DNA of 63,959 nt, filler included, from Craspedostauros australis (lineage: Eukaryota), in the NCBI GenBank assembly GCA_030167865.1. It is 8 parts of 8 records of this genome, joined end to end, with 100 filler letters (N's around TTAATTAATTAA, not from the genome) between each part and the next. Parts side by side here need not be neighbours in the genome. Positions count along the whole stretch, not along the records: positions 58,464 to 62,658 come from JALAGF010000045.1; positions 62,759 to 63,959 come from JALAGF010000049.1; 6 more parts are not named here. The stretch is one strand, 5' to 3'. The notes beneath the pieces were generated by a model, which was not told the DNA's origin, did no database searches, and saw nothing but the letters and a program-made list of their open reading frames with translations. Numbering within the stretch: the first letter of the stretch is position 1; every line of letters begins with the position of its first letter. A program made the position numbers and the translations under genes. This document shows, in pieces, positions 60,491 to 63,959 of the stretch.

Positions 60491-61183
60491 CTATTTACCC
60501 TTTGCCGTCGTTTTACCCTTTGACGTCGTTTTACCCTTTGCCGTCGTTTTACCCTTTGACGTCGTTTTACCCTTTGCCGTCGTTTTACCCTTTGACTTCG
60601 ATTTACCGTTTGCCGTCGTTTTACCCTTTGACTTCGATTTACCGTTTGCTGTCGTTTTACCCTTTGACTCCGGTTCATTCTCCGGACCCGATTCGATGCT
60701 TAAACTCGTTGTACGGCGTGGGCGTAATCCTCGGCTTCCACGTGTTCGGCGGCTTGGACGCGATCCTCGGCTTGGACTCCGTTCACTTCTTGCAGTTGAT
60801 CCACGGCTTTGGACTAGGCTACGTTTTGCGCCTGGTCTACCTTGCCCGGAGCCTCCACTGCCCGGAGCCGCGCCAAGTGGACCTGGGGTTTTTCGTTCAC
60901 CTGGGCCTACTCTTCCACTTGTGACAGGCGTGATTCTTCCTTTTGTCCCAGCTCCGTTTGCTGCCCCTGGTTTTCCTTGGTTTAGGCCTCCTTGGCTTCC
61001 ATGGCTTCGAACTGCCGGGGTTGGCTCACCTTCGGGTCGAAAGTCATCATTGATTAATGGTAGACGACGACCCGTTCGGAGGAATCGTTTGGAAAGGTCT
61101 TCCTCGCGCGGATTGGTGGCAACGTTCTCGGCTGCCTGCGCGACGATGGCAGCAGCGAGAAGGAGGGCAAGTTTTGTCTTCAT
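60491..61183 (-). CDS. Secreted silaffin-like / Lys-rich protein (230 aa), possibly truncated
   Basis: Signal peptide MKTKLALLLAAAIVAQA. RFL, RRL, RSL and RGL (RXL) sites; Gly/Arg/Ser-rich blocks; C-terminal (KGKTTA/S)n and NGKSKS repeats. Confidence 0.7.
   Translation of the reverse strand: MKTKLALLLAAAIVAQAAENVATNPREEDLSKRFLRTGRRLPLINDDFRPEGEPTPAVRSHGSQGGLNQGKPGAANGAGTKGRITPVTSGRVGPGERKTPGPLGAAPGSGGSGQGRPGAKRSLVQSRGSTARSERSPSRGSRPSRRTRGSRGLRPRRTTSLSIESGPENEPESKGKTTANGKSKSKGKTTANGKSKSKGKTTAKGKTTSKGKTTAKGKTTSKGKTTAKGK
60494..60668 (-). repeat. 18-bp coding tandem repeat (aagggtaaaacgacg[g/t]ca) with 36-bp variants
   Basis: ttttaccctttg recurs at 18/36-bp spacing on the + strand. Confidence 0.95.
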
Positions 61184-62769
61184 CTTGCTTTGTTTTGTTT
61201 GCTTGTTTGTTTTCTTTGCTTGATTTTGGCCAAGACTTGTTTTTGTGAGATGAGAGGGAGGCGCGAAGAGCTGAGCGAAGACACTTCGCGGCAATTCGTC
61301 CGTGGTAACATCGAGCGCTACGGCTGACATGGTACAGGGCGCCGTGCTGTACACATTGTTGCTCGTACATCATCTACGAGCATGGTGCGGTACTGGTGCG
61401 CGTATGCACAAACGTGTACAAGTATTTACACGCACGTGTACAAACACTCCAACACATGCAACCAATGCGACAATACCCAGCACTCACGTGAACAACAGCA
61501 AGCAGTTTCACTGGTTCGATGATTGGTCGCTCACAGGGAGTACCGTATCCGTTGTGTGTCAATCTGTGTCCTACTATTGAATAGGATAATGGTGTTGTGC
61601 AGCAGAGTTGAGGACGCACCTTGTGAATTGCAGTCATTTCGGTGTCACTTTGACTCACGAACGCGTTCGCCAGCCAGCCGATCGTGAATGCTGACTTTGT
61701 TCCTCCACGCAGCATCCGGACTTCGCGCATCAAGATCTCCTGTCTGGTCTTTGACGATTGTCCAACTCCCCCGATCGGAGAAGTTACGACCCGAACACAG
61801 GCACCGCGCGCTCTGTTTTTGTTGTTCAGTCACACTCAAAAGCTCCGGGAGAAACATCGATTGACACAATCAACTTCGACCAGAACATCAAGAAGCGCGC
61901 CGGACGGACCCCGATAGTGCTCTGTGTCATGTTCCGTTCATCTCCGTTTCTTCCAACATTCACATGTGAATCGGATGACTGCATTGACCGCATGGTCATC
62001 ACCATCCAGTTCACACTTGTCGTTCACCCTTTGTCTCAGGATGTTCTTCGTCTCGTCATACACCTCACAATGGAGGTGGTTGTAAGGGTCATAATTTCAT
62101 AACTGGTCAGCCTCGTTCACCCCAATTTCAAGTCACGGCCATCAGTCCCGTAGTCAATTCTGCCCCCAAGACTAAATCAGTGCCCGTCAATCCATTGATT
62201 CCTTCCATACATCACCATTTCTCTCCACGGCCACTTTCGTCGTATCACCCCGTTCAGGATTGTCATGTCATCATTTGCGGATTGTTAAGATAAGCATTAT
62301 GTGCATCCTATTATATTGTGGAGAGTATAGTATACTATTCATGCCATAGGATGAGTCACTGTGCTCCATTGTATTATATAATATTATGCTGCATAGTATT
62401 CGCAAGTGTTGCTGTTGCCGTGAATGTGGACGTGAACGTGTAGGGATGTCACAAACAACCCTGTGCTACTTGACACAACACACACAAGGGAGGAAGCACA
62501 CAACAGAGCCCAATCGTCCACAACGTGAGGAATCAACGCACCACCGAAGCTGTCACAACATCACCACCCACACGGTTGGATACCATCGCAGTCTGATATC
62601 GACCAAAAGCGACGGCATCATGTCTGTCCACAGTGAGCACAAGCCATGTACTTGTGTTNNNNNNNNNNNNNNNNNNNNNNNNNNNNNNNNNNNNNNNNNN
62701 NNTTAATTAATTAANNNNNNNNNNNNNNNNNNNNNNNNNNNNNNNNNNNNNNNNNNNNTCCGCTCACAG

Positions 62770-63945
62770 GATGTGGTTCTCGAAGCACGTTGATAAACTC
62801 TACGTCGCATCCGAACGTCTCCGCGTCACCGCCAGGAAGCAAGGCAGGACGCCCGACGAGAACATCGTCCTCACAGGACTACCCATCCGTCATGACTTTG
62901 CCGTACAGGCCGACAAGCTCGGCGACCGCACCTCCGAAACCGGCAAACAGTATCAGCATCAGATCCGCCAGCAGGTGCTTGGCGATGACGTCTATGACCC
63001 ATCCAAGAAGATGGTCCTCATCATGGGCGGCGGAGAAGGGGTTGGAGGATTGTCGGAGATTGTCGACCAAATGTACATCGACCTGGTCAACCGCGGTGTC
63101 GATGCCACAATCTGCGTCGTGTGCGGCCGAAATGAAAAGCTGAAGACTGATCTGGAGGCTCGTGATTGGGGCGCCATCATCAGGGAAGCAAACGAGGACG
63201 GCGGGGAGCAGTCCGCCGGACGACGACGACGACGAAGGAGAAACCGCCGCAGAACAAACAAGACAAGTCCGTTGGTCGCCGCCGTCGCCACTCCTGGCAA
63301 TGTCAACGTGGTTGGCTTGGGATTCGTGACCAACATGGCGGAATATATGGCAGCATCGGATGTGCTGGTCACGAAGGCGGGACCAGGTACCATCGCTGAA
63401 GCCGCCTCTGTTGGATTGCCCGTCATGTTGACAAGGTACGCCACTATTGGAATGAATCCGCGAATTGATTGGTGAATTGATTGGTGAATGAATGAGTGGA
63501 TGAATGGAAAGAACAAACGAACGAAGGCAGAAGTATCCATTGTCTGTCTCTCACACCCGTTTTGCTTTGCCTGCTCGTCTTCGAAAACACACAACGCACA
63601 CACACGCACACGCACACACGTGCTCCATCTTATTCTCGTCATCTGATGATACGAACCATCGCCATCATCAACAACAACACCAACAACTCCAATCGCAACC
63701 ACAGCTTCCTCCCTGGACAGGAAGCCGGCAACGTCGACGTCGTTTTGGAAAGTGGCTATGGTGCCTTCGACAAGAATCCGGAAGTCATTGGTGAAACCGT
63801 CTCGGGATGGTTGCTCGATGAATCCAAGCTCGCTGAATTGAGCAAGGCCGCGAGCCGAGCTGGCAATCCAAACGCCGCCAAGGAGATCGCCGATGACATT
63901 GGCAAGCATACTCAGAATTGGATCAAGCTGAATGAGGGAGTGTGA
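62770..63945 (+). CDS. MGD: Monogalactosyldiacylglycerol synthase (GT28), C-terminal part; exons 62770-63435, 63705-63945
   Basis: TGLPIRHDF, VLIMGGGEGVG, VVCGRNEKL, GFVTNMAEYMAASDVLVTKAGPGTIAEA and LT-S-FLPGQEAGNV across a GT-AG intron. The 5' exons are lost in the gap. Confidence 0.93.
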
Positions 63946-63959
63946 ATCGAGTGTGAATC

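Noticed and set aside
60091..60924. VKRRQR-repeat ORF (60091-60678, -) and YPLPSF-repeat ORF (60202-60924, +)
   Set aside because: Alternative readings of the 18-bp repeat. Only the KGKTT frame has an ATG and a signal peptide.

Overview
Intron-containing eukaryotic DNA, most likely from a pennate diatom. The evidence is a signal+'AF' plastid presequence, DUF6824 proteins, a copia element, a GH161 gene and an RXL/Lys-rich secreted protein. The window is a pseudo-scaffold: seven 100-bp N/TTAATTAATTAA/N linkers join separate contigs. Genes called: SLC4 transporter (3' end), rhomboid protease with an SHP box, three-exon membrane-anchored GH161-like beta-1,3-glucan phosphorylase, type-II peroxiredoxin, nodulin-like MFS transporter, three Sec14/CRAL-TRIO-like genes (two fused to DUF6824) plus a DUF6824-only gene, ankyrin-coiled-coil-BTB protein, bacterial-like transglutaminase-fold protein, tiny plastid-targeted protein, HD-domain nucleotidase, TPR-like fragment of a STAND/Chk1-type protein, decayed Ty1/copia element, silaffin-like gene and MGDG synthase. 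The strongest hidden signal is the peroxiredoxin: an in-frame TGA sits exactly at the peroxidatic Cys, and the 3' UTR carries an unusual, very long SECIS-like hairpin, indicating a selenoprotein. Also notable are a repeat-rich block at 51.3-54.7 kb with an apparent TpA->TpG/CpA hypermutation signature, a silaffin-like ORF whose character continues past two stop codons, and a DARPin-like ankyrin array. Family calls come from motif recognition by eye and all counts are manual.
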